Below are positions 1 through 12,935 of a stretch of DNA of 64,000 nucleotides, piece by piece. Below the pieces are notes generated by a model that had not been told where the DNA came from, did no database searches, and saw nothing but the letters and a program-made list of their open reading frames with translations. Source of the DNA: Octopus vulgaris (lineage: Eukaryota); the NCBI GenBank assembly GCA_951406725.2, contig OX597826.1:23188001-23252000 (forward strand), read 5' to 3'. Position numbers and translations under genes: made by a program. Within the stretch, counting starts at the first letter, position 1; each line of letters starts with the position of its first letter.

Positions 1-997
1 TGTGTACATGTATTCCTTTATTTTTTTATTCTTTTACTTGTTTCAGTCATTTGATTGTGGCCATGCTGGAGCACTGCTTTTTTCTTTGTAAGCCTAATAC
101 TTATTCTAGTGGTCTCTTTTACCGAACTGCTAGGTTACAGGGACGTAAACACACCAACATCGGTTGTCAAGCGATAGTGGAAGGACAAACACAGACACAC
201 AAATACACACACACACAGTTTCCATCTACCAAATCCACTTACAAGGCTTTGGTCGGCCCAGGGCTATAGTAGAAGACACTTGCCCAAGGTGCCATGCAGT
301 GGGACTGAACCCGGAACTATGTGGTTTGGAAGCAAGCTTCTTACCACACAGCCATGCCTGTGCCTATATATGTTTATGTATTTATTTTCTTTAGAGGACC
401 AGTATATATTGAGTGATTCTGACACCACTCCTTAAAATCATAGAATACAGGAATGGAACAAACCAATCACAAGAACCTATAGCTCCTAACACTCATCAAA
501 ATGCAATGTAATGGTTAAACCAAATTCTGAAGAAATAAAAAAAAAAGAAAATAAGCAACACAGGCATAGGAGTGGCTGTGTGGTAAGTAGCTTGCTTACC
601 AACCACGTGGCTCCGGGTTCAGTCCCACTGCGTAGCACCTTGGGTAAGTGTCTTCTACTATAGCCTCAGGCCAACAAAAGCCTTGAGTGAATTTGGGAGA
701 AGGAAACTGAAAGAAGCCCGTCGTATATATGTATATATATATATATAATCATAAATGAGGGTGAAAAATTAGATATTAATTTAATAATACCATTAGTTTA
801 ACACCAAGCGGCCTAGCACATAAAAACCAGGGAGACAATACAAATTTATCCGTAAATATAAGAGAGTTACCGTTAAATTGGTTAACTCTAGTGCTAGAAA
901 TAGCTCCTTATTCTGGTATAGCCGCCAACGATGCTTCCACAAAGAAATAACATTACCTTCAACGTAAGGAAAGTGAAATACAATGAAAAGATAGATT

Positions 998-1075
998 AAT
1001 ACTGTACAATTGTTTCTTTATCAATATAATATGCAATTATACTCACATATTTATCTATAAATCATCAGCAGTATT
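998..1075 (-). ncRNA. Minimal type-I hammerhead ribozyme motif
   Basis: Minus strand: AATACTG-CTGATGA-tttat...ataaa-GAAAC-AATT-GTA-CAGTATT. Perfect 7-bp stem I, intact core, palindromic stem III. Confidence 0.8.
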
Positions 1076-1474
1076 TGTCATTGATACAATTTATTAGACC
1101 CTCACGGGCGACAATTACCCATGCGGTCCAATCGATTGCATACATAGTTGTGATCCCCGCCAAAAGCATATGGTAAGATTTAGTGGGAGCTAATACCGCA
1201 TGTAATATTTACTGCAGCATATTAAATTTATAAATGAGGGTGAAAAATTTATGCTTGTGTGTCTGTGTTTGTCTCCCCAACATCACTTGACAACCGATGC
1301 TGGTGTGTTTATGTCCCCCATAACTTAGTGGTTCAGCAAAAGAGACTGATAGAATAAGTACTAGGCTTACAAAGAATAAGTCCCAGGGTCGATTTGCTCG
1401 ACTAAAGGCAGTGCTCCAGCATGGCCACAGTCAAATGACTGAAACAAGTAAAAGAGTAAAACAGAAAAACTCAC

Positions 1475-1646
1475 CTGGATATGGTGTGCCAATGCAGTTC
1501 CAATTCTGTAGCGTGCTGACATACCTGCCGGCAATTTATTGGGCAAATCAAGTGCATTGTTAATAGCTTTCAAGCACTTAGCTGCTGCAGACACTATTAC
1601 ATCAGTTGTAAACTGCTGGAGATTTGTAACATCGTCATCAATGAAG
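1475..1646 (-). CDS. CCDC22: CCDC22 coding exon 2 (C-FIDDDVTNLQQFTTDVIVSAAAKCLKAINNALDLPNKLPAGMSARYRIGTALAHHIQ)
   Basis: acag| acceptor and |gtgagt donor, 172 nt. Resembles the CCDC22 N-terminal domain (FTTELVVEAVVRCLRVIN...LPLAMSARFRLAMSLA). The gene continues left of the window. Confidence 0.92.
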
Positions 1647-2200
1647 CTGTGTATAAATATAAGACAAATAAAAAAACTCATGGGTTTGTAGGAGAGAAGA
1701 GGATTCATTCATCCACCATCATCGCTTTAACATCCACTTTTCCAATGCTTGCATGGGGGCTGGATGAGTTTATTGAAGTACTTTCTTTCTACAGCCAGAT
1801 GCCCTTCCTGTCACCAACCTTTACTTGTTTCCAACTAAGTTAATATTTTCTCATAATTAGATAGGTATTGAAAAAGTACCCTCAAAGTGTTCATGCTAAA
1901 AATGCAATAGAATTTTCTTTCCAATACATATATATATATATATATATATATAAAATACAAAATGGGACAAGAATGCAAAACATCTGGACATCTAGGTAAT
2001 ACAAAAATGGGACAACAAAACATTCAGATAGATGATACAAAGAAAACAAGGACAGGTCATTTGAAGTTTTCCTCATTCAAGCACCAGAAAACTTTGAATG
2101 ACCTGTCCTTGTTTTCTTTATATCATCTATCTGGATGTTTTGTTGTCCCATTTTTGTATCACCTAGATGTCCAGATGTTTTGCGTTCTTGTCCCATTTTG

Positions 2201-2250
<50 letters not shown>

Positions 2251-3559
2251 CGGCGTACGTACACTTTGGTCTATATATATATATATAGGATCATTTGTAG
2301 AAATACATAAATCCAGAGAAGTACACTCTAAGATGTAGAGCAGTTAATATTATAGTGGGGTAGACCAGTTTATGGGGTTACCCCTCACTGGATGGCATGG
2401 GAATGTTTTGGGTGGAGTATCCAAGGTTAAATCTTTCCATATTCATGGGAGACCCATGGCTTCCATAAAATATGTAGAAGTGCTGTGCTGGTCAGCTATT
2501 TAACAAAAACCATGTGGTCACTGAAAATCTCTGGTCAGGCACAGGGTAACCCCATAAACCAGCCTACCTATGTGTATGTGTATGTGTGTGCACACATGCA
2601 CAATGGGCTTCTTTGAGTTTCCATCAAACAAATTTATTCACAAGTCTTTGGTTGACTCAAGATTATAGAAGGCAACATTTGCCCAATGTAAGACTGAACC
2701 CAAAATCATGTGGCTGGGAAGTAAACTTCTTAACCACACAGCTATGCCTGTGTCTATATTTATAATCTTTTACCTTTTTGTCTTTCACTTGTTTCAGTCA
2801 TTAGATTGTGGCCATGGTGGGGCACAGCTTTGACTAATTTTTAGTTGAATGAATCAACCCCAGTACTTATGTTTTAAAGCTGGGTATTTATATTATCAGT
2901 CTCTTTCGCCAAACCACTAGGTTACAAAAACATAAACACACCAACACCAGTCATCAAGTGGTGGAGGTGGGGGGACAAACACAAACACACAAATATATAT
3001 ATATATCATCATCATCATCATATATATATATATATGTGCCGGTGGCACATGAAAAACAACATTCAAGTGAGGTCGTTGCCAGTGCCGCTGGACTGGCTCC
3101 TGTGCAGGTGGCACATAAAAAACAGATCAGATTAGAGCCTGGTGTAGCCATCTGGCTCGCCAGTCCTCAATCAAACCCCGTCCAACTCATGCCAGTATGG
3201 AAAGCGGACGTTAAACAATGATGATGATGATGATAATATATATATATATATATATGTATACAACCAGCTTCTTTCAGTTTCAATCTACCAAATTCACTTG
3301 CAAGGTTTTGGTCAGCCTAAGGCTACAGTAGAAGACACTTGTCCAAGGTGCCATGCAATAGGACTGAACCTGGAACCATGTTTTTGAGAAGCAAGCTTCT
3401 TACCACACAGCCATTCTTGCGCCTATATAATTTCAGGTAGAGCAGACACTGGTTACCTTTCCTAGTCAGATGCTTCAACAACTCTGCCAAAAAGAAGGTA
3501 GACTGAATGACTGAATCAAGAGAGAGAAAGAAAGAGACTACCCATGGACATGCTCCCAA

Positions 3560-4290
3560 AATCAAAAAGCCAGTGCAGCACCTATGACTTTTGGAAACAT
3601 GTTTATCATGCTGAGAATTGTCGAAGCATGGAAAAAAACTACCCGCATCAGTTGTTAACTGTCATGACACTGCATCCTTAAAATACGTCATCACAACTCC
3701 TGACAGCAACCTATCCCCTCTGTGGCTCTTTTACTGTGCACTTTTCGGTCTTGTATATTATCCTGTCATGAGTATACTGTGATCGAACTTATGGCTCTCA
3801 TTGCTGTCTTTATTTACTCGACTTATTGCTGCTTTCTGGACCCCGTCTTACTCTCTTTTTCACTGAACTACAGTACATCTGAACTGTGTATACAATAAGC
3901 TCATTATTATACAAGATTATCCAACACCTTTCCAACAACATTTGCCATCTTTTTGAATTCAATATCTCCACCACCCGTCAGCATGGTTATAAAATCATAA
4001 AAATCAGTGCAGCATCCATGACTTTCATAAACACTTTTTCACGCTCAAAACTGTCCATGCATGGAATAAATAAACTACCTGCATCAGTTAACTGTCAAGA
4101 CACTTCATCCTTCAAAAATCCCATGCTTCCCGAAATTCGCCAACTACCATTGACGTAATTATACAACTTTTCTCCTTCATGGTTCTTTTACAGTACATTT
4201 TTCTGCCTTTTATTTAATCCTGTCCTGTGCATTGTGCATATACTTTTGGTTATCAATGCCGCCTTTACTTTATTTTACTATTTGGCCCTT
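3560..4290 (+). mobile_element. Two decayed, related CR1-like 3' end fragments in CCDC22 intron 1
   Basis: 3565-3860 and 4000-4290 align with each other and encode a degenerate ...AW-KLPASVV RT C-terminal motif. Confidence 0.55.
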
Positions 4291-4585
4291 TTTACCCTTG
4301 TAGCTTTCCCCAGCCCTGCATGCGATAAGACCATCATCATCATTCTTATAATAATAATTATAATTAAAAATCCTTGTTTATTACAAGTAGGCGTGCATAA
4401 GTGATCCAAAATAATCACCGTCCCGCCCATGTATATAAAGTGATTACTGAGGAAATATGCACGAATACAGCAAAACGAAGTAAGCTTCTAAAAAGAAAAT
4501 TCTTCGTGTTTCAAGTAATAAACCCTAGTCGTTAAAGCAAGCCTGAATCTGAAAAAAATATACTCTAATATATAGATATCCTTAC

Positions 4586-4635
4586 CACTTTAAAGTTCTC
4601 AATGAATGGATAATAATTCTGTCAACTTCTTCCAT
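4586..4635 (-). CDS. CCDC22: CCDC22 coding exon 1 (MEEVDRIIIHSLRTLK + TG)
   Basis: ATG at 4635-4633, 50 nt, then donor GTAAG. Peptide resembles the human CCDC22 N-terminus MEEADRILIHSLRQ (recalled). Phase 2 joins the exon at 1646. Confidence 0.92.
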
Positions 4636-4964
4636 TTTCGACAGACGATCATGTGACCGCAAAGAAGACTAGTTTCGTTTGTCAACAATAACAAATATTC
4701 GGCTGTAAAATAAAATTTAATTTAAAATATGGAAACAAATTAAATAAATTTATTTAAAATTTCTCAAATATATTATTCTTAATAATAGTAGATTTTAATA
4801 GAAATTGGATTTAAAAAATATTAATGTTCAGCAGCAAATAAAATACCCGGGCAATTCCAATTATTTTAGTCTTTGCCTTTAAGTTTTTAGTCTGCCATTA
4901 CGTTCCGAGTTCAAATTCCGCCGAGGTCAACTTTGCCTTTCATCCTTTCGAGGTCGATAAATTA

Positions 4965-6281
4965 GGTACTACTAGCGAATACTAGTTCCGGTGCGCGTGC
5001 ACGCGCAATAACGCGTCCGCGCTTGCTGGTCATAAGTAGTCGATCCTACAACGACTTGCGCGTATGCAAATGAGTTGATTGGCGCATATTTGTTAGCGAA
5101 CAAAATAAAATAATTTTTTACAGAATAAGATAAAATAATTTTTTAAAGAAAGTAAATAAATTATTTCTTAGAACAATGTATATGATTTTTTTACACAAAT
5201 CAAATAAAAAGCAAAGTAAATAATTTTTTTTTTTAATTAATTATTTTTTAAAACAATGTATATGATTTTTTTTTACACAAATTAAATATTTTTTGAACAA
5301 AGTAAATAATTTTTTAAACTTAATTATTTTTTTTTTTTTAATAAACAAACTTTTATAGCGTAGGAGTGGCTGTGTGGTAAGTAGCTTGCTTACGAACCAC
5401 ATGGTTCCGGGGTCAGTCCCACTACGTGGCACCTTGGGCAAGTGTCTTCTACTATAGCCTCCGGCCGACCAGAGCCTTTTTAGTGGATTTGGTAGACGGA
5501 AACTGAAAGAAACCCGTCGTATATATGTATATATATATGTATGTGTGTGTATATATCTGTGTTTGTCCTCCCAACATCGCTTGACAACCGATGCTGGTGT
5601 GTTTACGTCCGCGTAACTTAGCGGTTCGGCAAAAGAGACTGAAAGAATAAGTACTAGGCTTACAAAGAATAAGTCCTGGGGTCGATTTGCTCGACTAAAG
5701 GCGGTGCTCCAGCATGGCCACAGTCACGTGACTGAAACAAGTAAAAGAGTAAACTAAGATTTTTTTTTTTGAAAAATGTATACAATTTTTTTACACAAAT
5801 TAAACAAAGTAAATAAAAAGCAAATAGCAAATAAAAAAATTGAATATCTCACAGTTCTTGCGATTCGTTCGAAAATGCCACCAAACAATAAAATAAAATG
5901 TTGAAGTTCATTTGAGTTCATCGAATGTGAACCATTCTGAAAGGTGCTTCAGAATGTTTTCAAAACATTCCCTTCCACTTTTTCCATATTGTTCCCTCCA
6001 CAGAAATTCATCTATGTACGACTTCACCATGTTAATGTGTACCCCCATCATTGTCTTAAATCATATACATTGTTCTAAGAAATAATTTATTTACTTTCTT
6101 TAAAAAATTATTTTATTTTATTCTGTAAAAAATTATTTTATTTTGTTCGCTAACAAATATGCGCCAATCAACTCATTTGCATACGCGCAAGTCGTTGTAG
6201 GATCGACTACTTACGACTAGCTAGCGCGGACGCGTTACTGCGCGTGTGCGCGCATCGGGACCAGTATTCGCTAGTAGTACC
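4965..6281. mobile_element. Non-autonomous DNA transposon with ~220-bp TIRs (Merlin-like), inserted in a SINE and itself containing a SINE
   Basis: GGTACTACTAGCGAATACT... at 4965 and its reverse complement ending at 6281. Flanks gataaatta (4956-4964) and aataaatta (6282-6290) form an 8/9-bp TSD. Superfamily inferred from GG termini and TSD length. Confidence 0.8.
5359..5752 (+). mobile_element. tRNA-derived SINE family A (representative; many copies)
   Basis: Head GGAGTGGCTGTGTGGTAAG...GGTTCAGTCCCACTG (A/B boxes), internal (TA)/(TG) tract, tail GACTGAAACAAGTAAAAGAG. Other copies include about 30-362(-), 562-1460(+, interrupted), 9070-9450(-), 10017-10390, 11218-11525, 13025-13420, 32265-32620 and 32719-33100. 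Confidence 0.88.
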
Positions 6282-7076
6282 AATAAATTAAGTACCAGTT
6301 GCGCACTGGGGTCGATGTAATCGACTTAATCCCTTTGTCTCTCCTTATTTGTCCTTTCTATGTTTAGCCCCTTGTGGGCAATAAAGAAATAAGTCTTTGT
6401 AAAGATGCGTAACCTCAAGGTTAGAATATTTCACCCACGAACGCACAGATACGTTTTTCGAGTGTGCAGAATATATTGTAATATTGTAAATCCTTAATAT
6501 TTCACTTTAAAGCGTATGTTTTAAAAGATATTTAGCCGAAACACCTTATTCCACAACCATGTTTTTCAAACTACCTGATGTGGAGTACCGGCAGTCCCCT
6601 CCCCACCTCCAATATGCCAGGGCCGGTAATATTTCTTAGTAATATCAATTTATACCGGAAACAATATATATAATCATAATTAAATCTCAGAATGAGATTG
6701 AAACAGTAATCGCTCGATAATGTAAAGTATAGAAGCCATCTTATCATGGCTAACCACATTGGGGAGGGGGTTGTTACTGTAGCTTTATAGCCCCAAGAGA
6801 TCTTCGTCTCTAGCTGGCTCTAAACACAATATCTGTGTCTTTGGAGTATTTACAAAGGGAGGCCATCCCTTCCTCGCAAGCCTGAGTGATACGCTCGAAC
6901 TAGTTTCGGGATGTTTGTCCCTCGTCAACGGGCGGCAACCACCAGGTAGCGATGAAAGTGAAGACTCCTTTGCAAATAGATATAAGTTTTTCTAATGGCG
7001 TCTGCCACTGATGTCGAAAAACGAACAGTAAGCATAATTAAATCTCAGAATGAGATTGAAACAGTAATCGCTCGAT

Positions 7077-7120
7077 CCGCCCGTTGACGAGGGACAAACA
7101 TCCCGAAACTAGTTCGAGCG
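7077..7120 (+). ncRNA. Hammerhead-like motif with variant core (inverted copy at about 6892-6935)
   Basis: CGCCCG-TTGACGA-GGGA caaaca TCCC-GAAAC-TA-GTT-CGAGCG; C3 is replaced by T. Confidence 0.55.
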
Positions 7121-10100
7121 TATCACTCAGGCTTGCGAGGAAGGGATGGCCTCCCTTTGTAAATACTCCAAAGACACAGATATTGTGTTTAGAGCCAGCT
7201 AGAGACGAAGATCTCTTGGGGCTATAAAGCTACAGTAACAACCCCCTCCCCAATGTGGTTAGCCATGATAAGATGGCTTCTATACTTTACAATATATATA
7301 ATGAATATAATAAAAGTTGACAATCTTTTTTATCTTGTATTTATTTTGTAAACAAATAATACAATATTACATAAGCATTTATGCTTCTTTCTTTTCTGGA
7401 AACTCGCCGCGTACCAGCAGCTGATGGTGCGCGGACCACCACTTTAAGTAGCACTGTTCTACAGTATTCTTTTATTTATTTCAGCCATATGACTGTGGCC
7501 ATGCTGGAGCACCGCTTTGGAGAGGTTTTAATCGAATAAATCGACCCCAGGACTTATTTCTTAAGCATAGCACTTATTCTATCGGTTTCTTTGCTGAACT
7601 GCTATATTACGGGGACGTACACATACCAACACCGGTTGTCAAGCGGTAATGGTCAGGGACAAACACAAGACACACTGGAGTAACACCCTAAAGGATTTTA
7701 GTCGAATAAATCGACCCCAGAACACTTTTTTTTAGTCTAAAACTTATACCATCATTTTTTTTTTTTATAAACTGCTAGGTTATGAAGACTTGTAGAAACC
7801 AGCACTGGTTGTCAAGTGATGGTGGGTGACAAACACACACACATACATGACAGGCTTCTTTCAGTTTCCGTCGATCAGCTTCACTCACAAGACTTCGGTC
7901 GTCTCGGGGCTATAGTATAAGGCACTTGTCCAAGGTGCCATGCAGTAGGAATGAACCCGGAACCGTGTGGTCGGAAAGAAAACTTCTTACCATATAGACA
8001 CACTTATACCTATGTTAAAGAAATTTTTCTTTTTAAATTTGAAAGAAAATTTCCACAGAAAAGAAACCTCTCTTTTTCAGCTATTCGACACCTTTCTCAT
8101 AATCAGAGCAACAATTAATAGATAAATACGTAAATAATCCCAATGAAAATAGCGGCGGGGGTGCACAATAGAAACAACATCACAACTATATATCTATACC
8201 GAATACTTAAGATTTTGTACTATAGTAGGCTAAACATAAACACGGAATGTTTTTGTACTTTTTTTCCTTTTGCTCTTTGTCTTTTTTTATTGTGTTGTCC
8301 AATTTCATGTCGATAATCGATAATCTTTTCTATTATAGGCACAAGGCCTGAAATTTGGTGGGGAGGGTAATAGTAGATTGCATCGATCCCAGAGCTCAGC
8401 TGGTATTTGTTTCATCAACCGTAATCCGAACTAAGGATGTAACCAAGCAAGCTTCTCAACGTCTAATGCAAGGGAGAAAACTCTTCCACTTCCCTTTATT
8501 TCAGTTTCTGTAATAAATTCATTACAAGACTGCTTTTTGACATGGAAAATTTTCAAAAGAATGTAAAGAGTCAAAATTAGGGTCGGTAAAGCTTGTCAGT
8601 AAAATATAGACATGGATTCTATGATTTATGGGAAAATCATCACCACCACCATTGAATACAGTTTTTGATTCAAGCATGAGCTGGACAGGAGCTAGAGAAG
8701 CAGAGGACTGTCCCAAGTTACAATATCTGTTTTGGCATGGTTTCTTTGGCTGGACACCCTTTCTAATGCCAACCACTTTACAGAGCATACTAAGTTTTTT
8801 TTTTACATGCCACCAGCACCAGTGAGTTCACCAAATAACTCACAGGACAATACTCCTTAACAGGTGGAGTAGCTTTATTCCAGGTGATGAAAGATTAAGG
8901 CATAACAGGGATAGGAACAGGCACCTTGCAGCAGGGAAGATACCATTATTTTTCTCATGTCTTCTGCATATATATATGTATATTTTCTCTTCTGTGTCAG
9001 CTGCTCTGTATTCCCCATTAGCTCTTTCATGCTACCCTGTTCTGTGTTTTATGCCAGGACTTCTGCTCTTTTTACTCTTTTACTTGTTTCAGTCATTTGA
9101 CTGCGGCCATGCTGGAGCACAGCCTTTTAGTCGAGCAAATCGACTCCAGGACTTATTCTTTGGAAGCCTAGTACTTATTCTATCAGATCTTTTTGCTGAA
9201 CCGCTGAGTTATGTGGATGTAAACACACCAGCATCAGTTGTCAAGCGATGTTGGGGGGACAAACACAGACACACAAACATACACACATATATACATACAT
9301 ATATACGACGGGCTTCTTTTAGTTTCCGTCTACCAAATCCACTCACATTGCTTTGGTCAGCACTTGCTCGAGGTGCCTCGCCATGGGACTGAACCCAGAA
9401 CCATGTGGCTGGTAAGCAAGCTACTTATCACAAAGCCATTCCTGCAGTCTAAATTTTATTTATATGTCCTTTCTGATACCGTGTGAAAATGCATGGTCTT
9501 GTGGTTAGTGTTGCACTCACAATTACAAGATCATAGTTTCAATTCCTAGACCGGGCAGTGTATTGTGTTCTTGAACAAAAAACTTTACTTCACATTGCTT
9601 CAGTTCACCCAGCTGTAGATAAGTAACACTGCAGTGGTCTGGCTTCCCATTTAAGTGGAATGTTGTGATCTTAGTCACTTGTATGCCATGGAAATGGGGC
9701 AACTGGCCTTATAAGACCTAGGACTTGAGACAGAACTTGTTATGATTCCATGTTAACATAAGTAAGATGGGATGTTGTTTTAGTTTCTGATGTTTAGAAT
9801 TTGCATATCAGAAAAATATTCCTTCACCAACAGCTATTCTGTCTTCAAGTTAATTAATCAAGAATCAGACAGAGGCTGAAGCAAAAATAATTCCTATAGT
9901 CTAGTGAGATACCTTGGCTAAAACAACAGCTGAACTCATGACCCAACAGTAAAAAAAAAATTTAGTAAAAATTTACACAGAGAATAGGTGCAGGAATGGC
10001 TGTGGTAAGTAGCTTTAGGCACAGGAGTAGCTGTATGGTAAGTATCTATAGGCTGTGTGGTAAGTAGCTTGCTTACCAACCACATGGTTCCAGGTTCAGT

Positions 10101-10562
10101 CCCACTGCATGGCACCTTGGGCAAACAAATGTCTTCTACTATAGTGTCCAAAGCCTTGTGAGTGGATTTGATAGATGGAAACTGAAAGAAACCTGTCGTA
10201 TACAAGTGTTTGTGTGTGTGTATTTGTCTCCCCACCATTGCTTGAAGTCCCTGTAACTTAGCAGTTCAGCAAAAGTGACTGATAGAATAAGCACCTGCCA
10301 CAAGAAGAATGAGTCCTGGAGTCAATTTGTTCGACCAAAGGCAGTGCTCCAGCATGGCCCCAGTCATATGACTGAAACAAATAAAAGAGTAAAAGAGACA
10401 GGTATTGCCATGCGGTTAAGAAGATCACTTTGTAACCGAGTGGTTTCAGGCTCAGTCCCACTACAGGGCACCTTGAGCAAGGCAAGTATCTTTTACAATA
10501 GCCCTGAGCCAACCAATGCCATGTGAGTGAATTTGGTAGATGGAAACTGAAAGAAGCCTGTC

Positions 10563-10597
<35 letters not shown>

Positions 10598-12045
10598 CAT
10601 GTTTGTGTATGAGAATGAGTGTTCAACATCACTGGGATTGATGTAATTGACTTAATCCGTTTGTCTGTCCTTGTTTGTCCCCTCTGTGTTTAGCCCCTTG
10701 TGGGTAGTAAAGAAATATATATATATATATATCATTGTCATCATCATTTAACATCCATCTTCTATGCATGCATGGGTAGGACAGTTCACTGGATCTGGCC
10801 TGGTAGAAAACTACCCTATGTTACTGTGTCTATTTTGGCAGGGTTATCACAGCTGGATGCCCTTCCTAACACCAACCACTCTGCAGAGTGGACTCAATGC
10901 TTTTTATGTGGCACTAGCACAGATGAAATTAGCTTTGGTGTGATTTTCACAACTAGATGCCCTTCCAAATGCCAACCACTCTTTTACTTGTTTGAGCCAT
11001 TCGACTGTAGCCATACTGAAGCACTGCCTTAAAAGAGTTTTGTAGTTAAAGAAACCAACCCCAGAACATATTCTTTGTAAGCCTAGTACTTTCTTTATTG
11101 GTCTCTTTTGCCGAACTACTAAGTTATGGGAACATAGAGACACCAACATCAGTTGTCAAGCGATGGTGAGGGGACAAACATAGATACAAAGATACACACA
11201 CATAAATATATACATATAGGCACAGGAGTGGTTGTGTGGTAAGTAGCTTGCTTACCAACCACATGGTTCTGGGTTCAGTCCCACTGTGTGGCACCTTGGG
11301 CAAGTGTCTTCTACTATAACCTCAGGACAACCAAAGTCTTGTGAGTGGATCTAGTAGATAGAAACTGAAAGCAGCCTGTTATTTATATATATATATGTGT
11401 GTGTGTGTATATGTTTGTGTCTCTGTGTTTGTTCCCCAACCATTGCTTGACAACCAATGTTGGTGTGTTTAAGTCCCTATAACTTAGTGGTTCGGCAAAA
11501 GAAACCCAATGACTGAAACAAATAAAAGTATGTATATATATAAAAGAAAAAGAAAATGGAGACTGGAAAGATATTATTTATTATAAACACCAAATTAATC
11601 ATCATTCCTTACAGCTGTTTCAATTAATACTCAGTAAATATTAATTAAATTTCTATGGACTGAGCATAATATCTTCCCAATCTCCATTTTCTTTCTCTTC
11701 TTTTATATGAATATAAACTCTATGTTTTTATATATATACCTATTATTTTAAATAAATTAATTCCCCAAAATACTAGATATTGAACCAATATGCCTTTGGA
11801 TGAAACCATCCCTTTATGAGGCTAACACAACCTCTAATCATATATATATATAAAGTTACAATGCGGAACAGTCATTTTAATGAGTTGTATTTATTTATCA
11901 CCTGACAAGATACATCTACACCACCAGATGCTCCTGAACCAGTTGTTGAGTGTCCCACACAAGAGGAATCGATGCTAGATGTGTCGAAGCAATTGCCGTG
12001 ATTAATAGTAAATTCTTGTATGTTCCATCTTCTGTCTTTCATTTG

Positions 12046-12109
<64 letters not shown>

Positions 12110-12555
12110 GGTTTCTGTCAACCAAATCCACTTCCAAGGCTTTGGTCATCGCAAGGGTTTAGTATAAGAAATTTGCTCAAGGTGCCATTCAGTGGCATTG
12201 AATCCAGAACTGTGTGGTTGAGAACCCAGCTTCTTACTACACTGTCACGCCTGTACATATGTATGTATGTGTGTATGATTCTATATTTGTTTGTCTCCTA
12301 CCACTACTATTTGACAACCAGTGTTGGTTTGTTTATGTCCCTAAAACATATCAGTTCAGCAAAAGAGAATTGCATACATTTCTAAGAATATACAAATGTA
12401 TATGCATGCTTGTACACACTCATGTGCACTCATACAGACATATATACATGCATGCATATGTACACATATATACATAAACATGCAAATATATATATATATA
12501 TATACTTATATAAATATATATATACATATACACATAAATATATAAATATATATAT

Positions 12556-12935
12556 ACTAGCAGTATCGCTCGGCGTTGCTCAGGCTTGTAAGGGAAATAA
12601 CTATAAAGCATTTTTAGAGAGTTATAGCCAAAAAATAGCAAAAAAATGGGAAAAAAATGATGGTAAATTTTTTTGAGAGTTAAAAAAGGTGGAGTTGCGT
12701 CCCCTAGACGGTCTGTGGTTTGGATTTCTGATTCTCGACCCCATGTCGAATTTATCGATTTTTTTCAGAACTGGGGGAACTTTTCAAAATTTTCGCTGCG
12801 TTAGTTTTGAATTATGACATTGGGCTATGTGTGTGTCAAGTTTCATCAGAATCGGTTGAAAGCCGTGGTCAGAATGAGGGTACGAGAAAACAGACACACA
12901 GAAAACGCACAGACAAACTGCCGTTTATATAGAGA
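12556..12935. mobile_element. Non-autonomous Helitron-type element
   Basis: Same terminus TACTAGCAG..CGGCGTTGCTCAGG and shared AAATGG-AAAAAATGATGGTAAATT segment with 16280-17110; inserted in a TA-rich tract. Confidence 0.6.

Noticed and set aside
8500-9935. Possible plus-strand exons near 8505-8585 and 9785-9905
   Set aside because: AG/GT-like boundaries exist, but there is no convincing open frame or recognisable peptide.
11600-11670. Hammerhead 3' half (GAAACAGCTGTA, minus strand)
   Set aside because: No matching CTGANGA or stem I found; too truncated to call.
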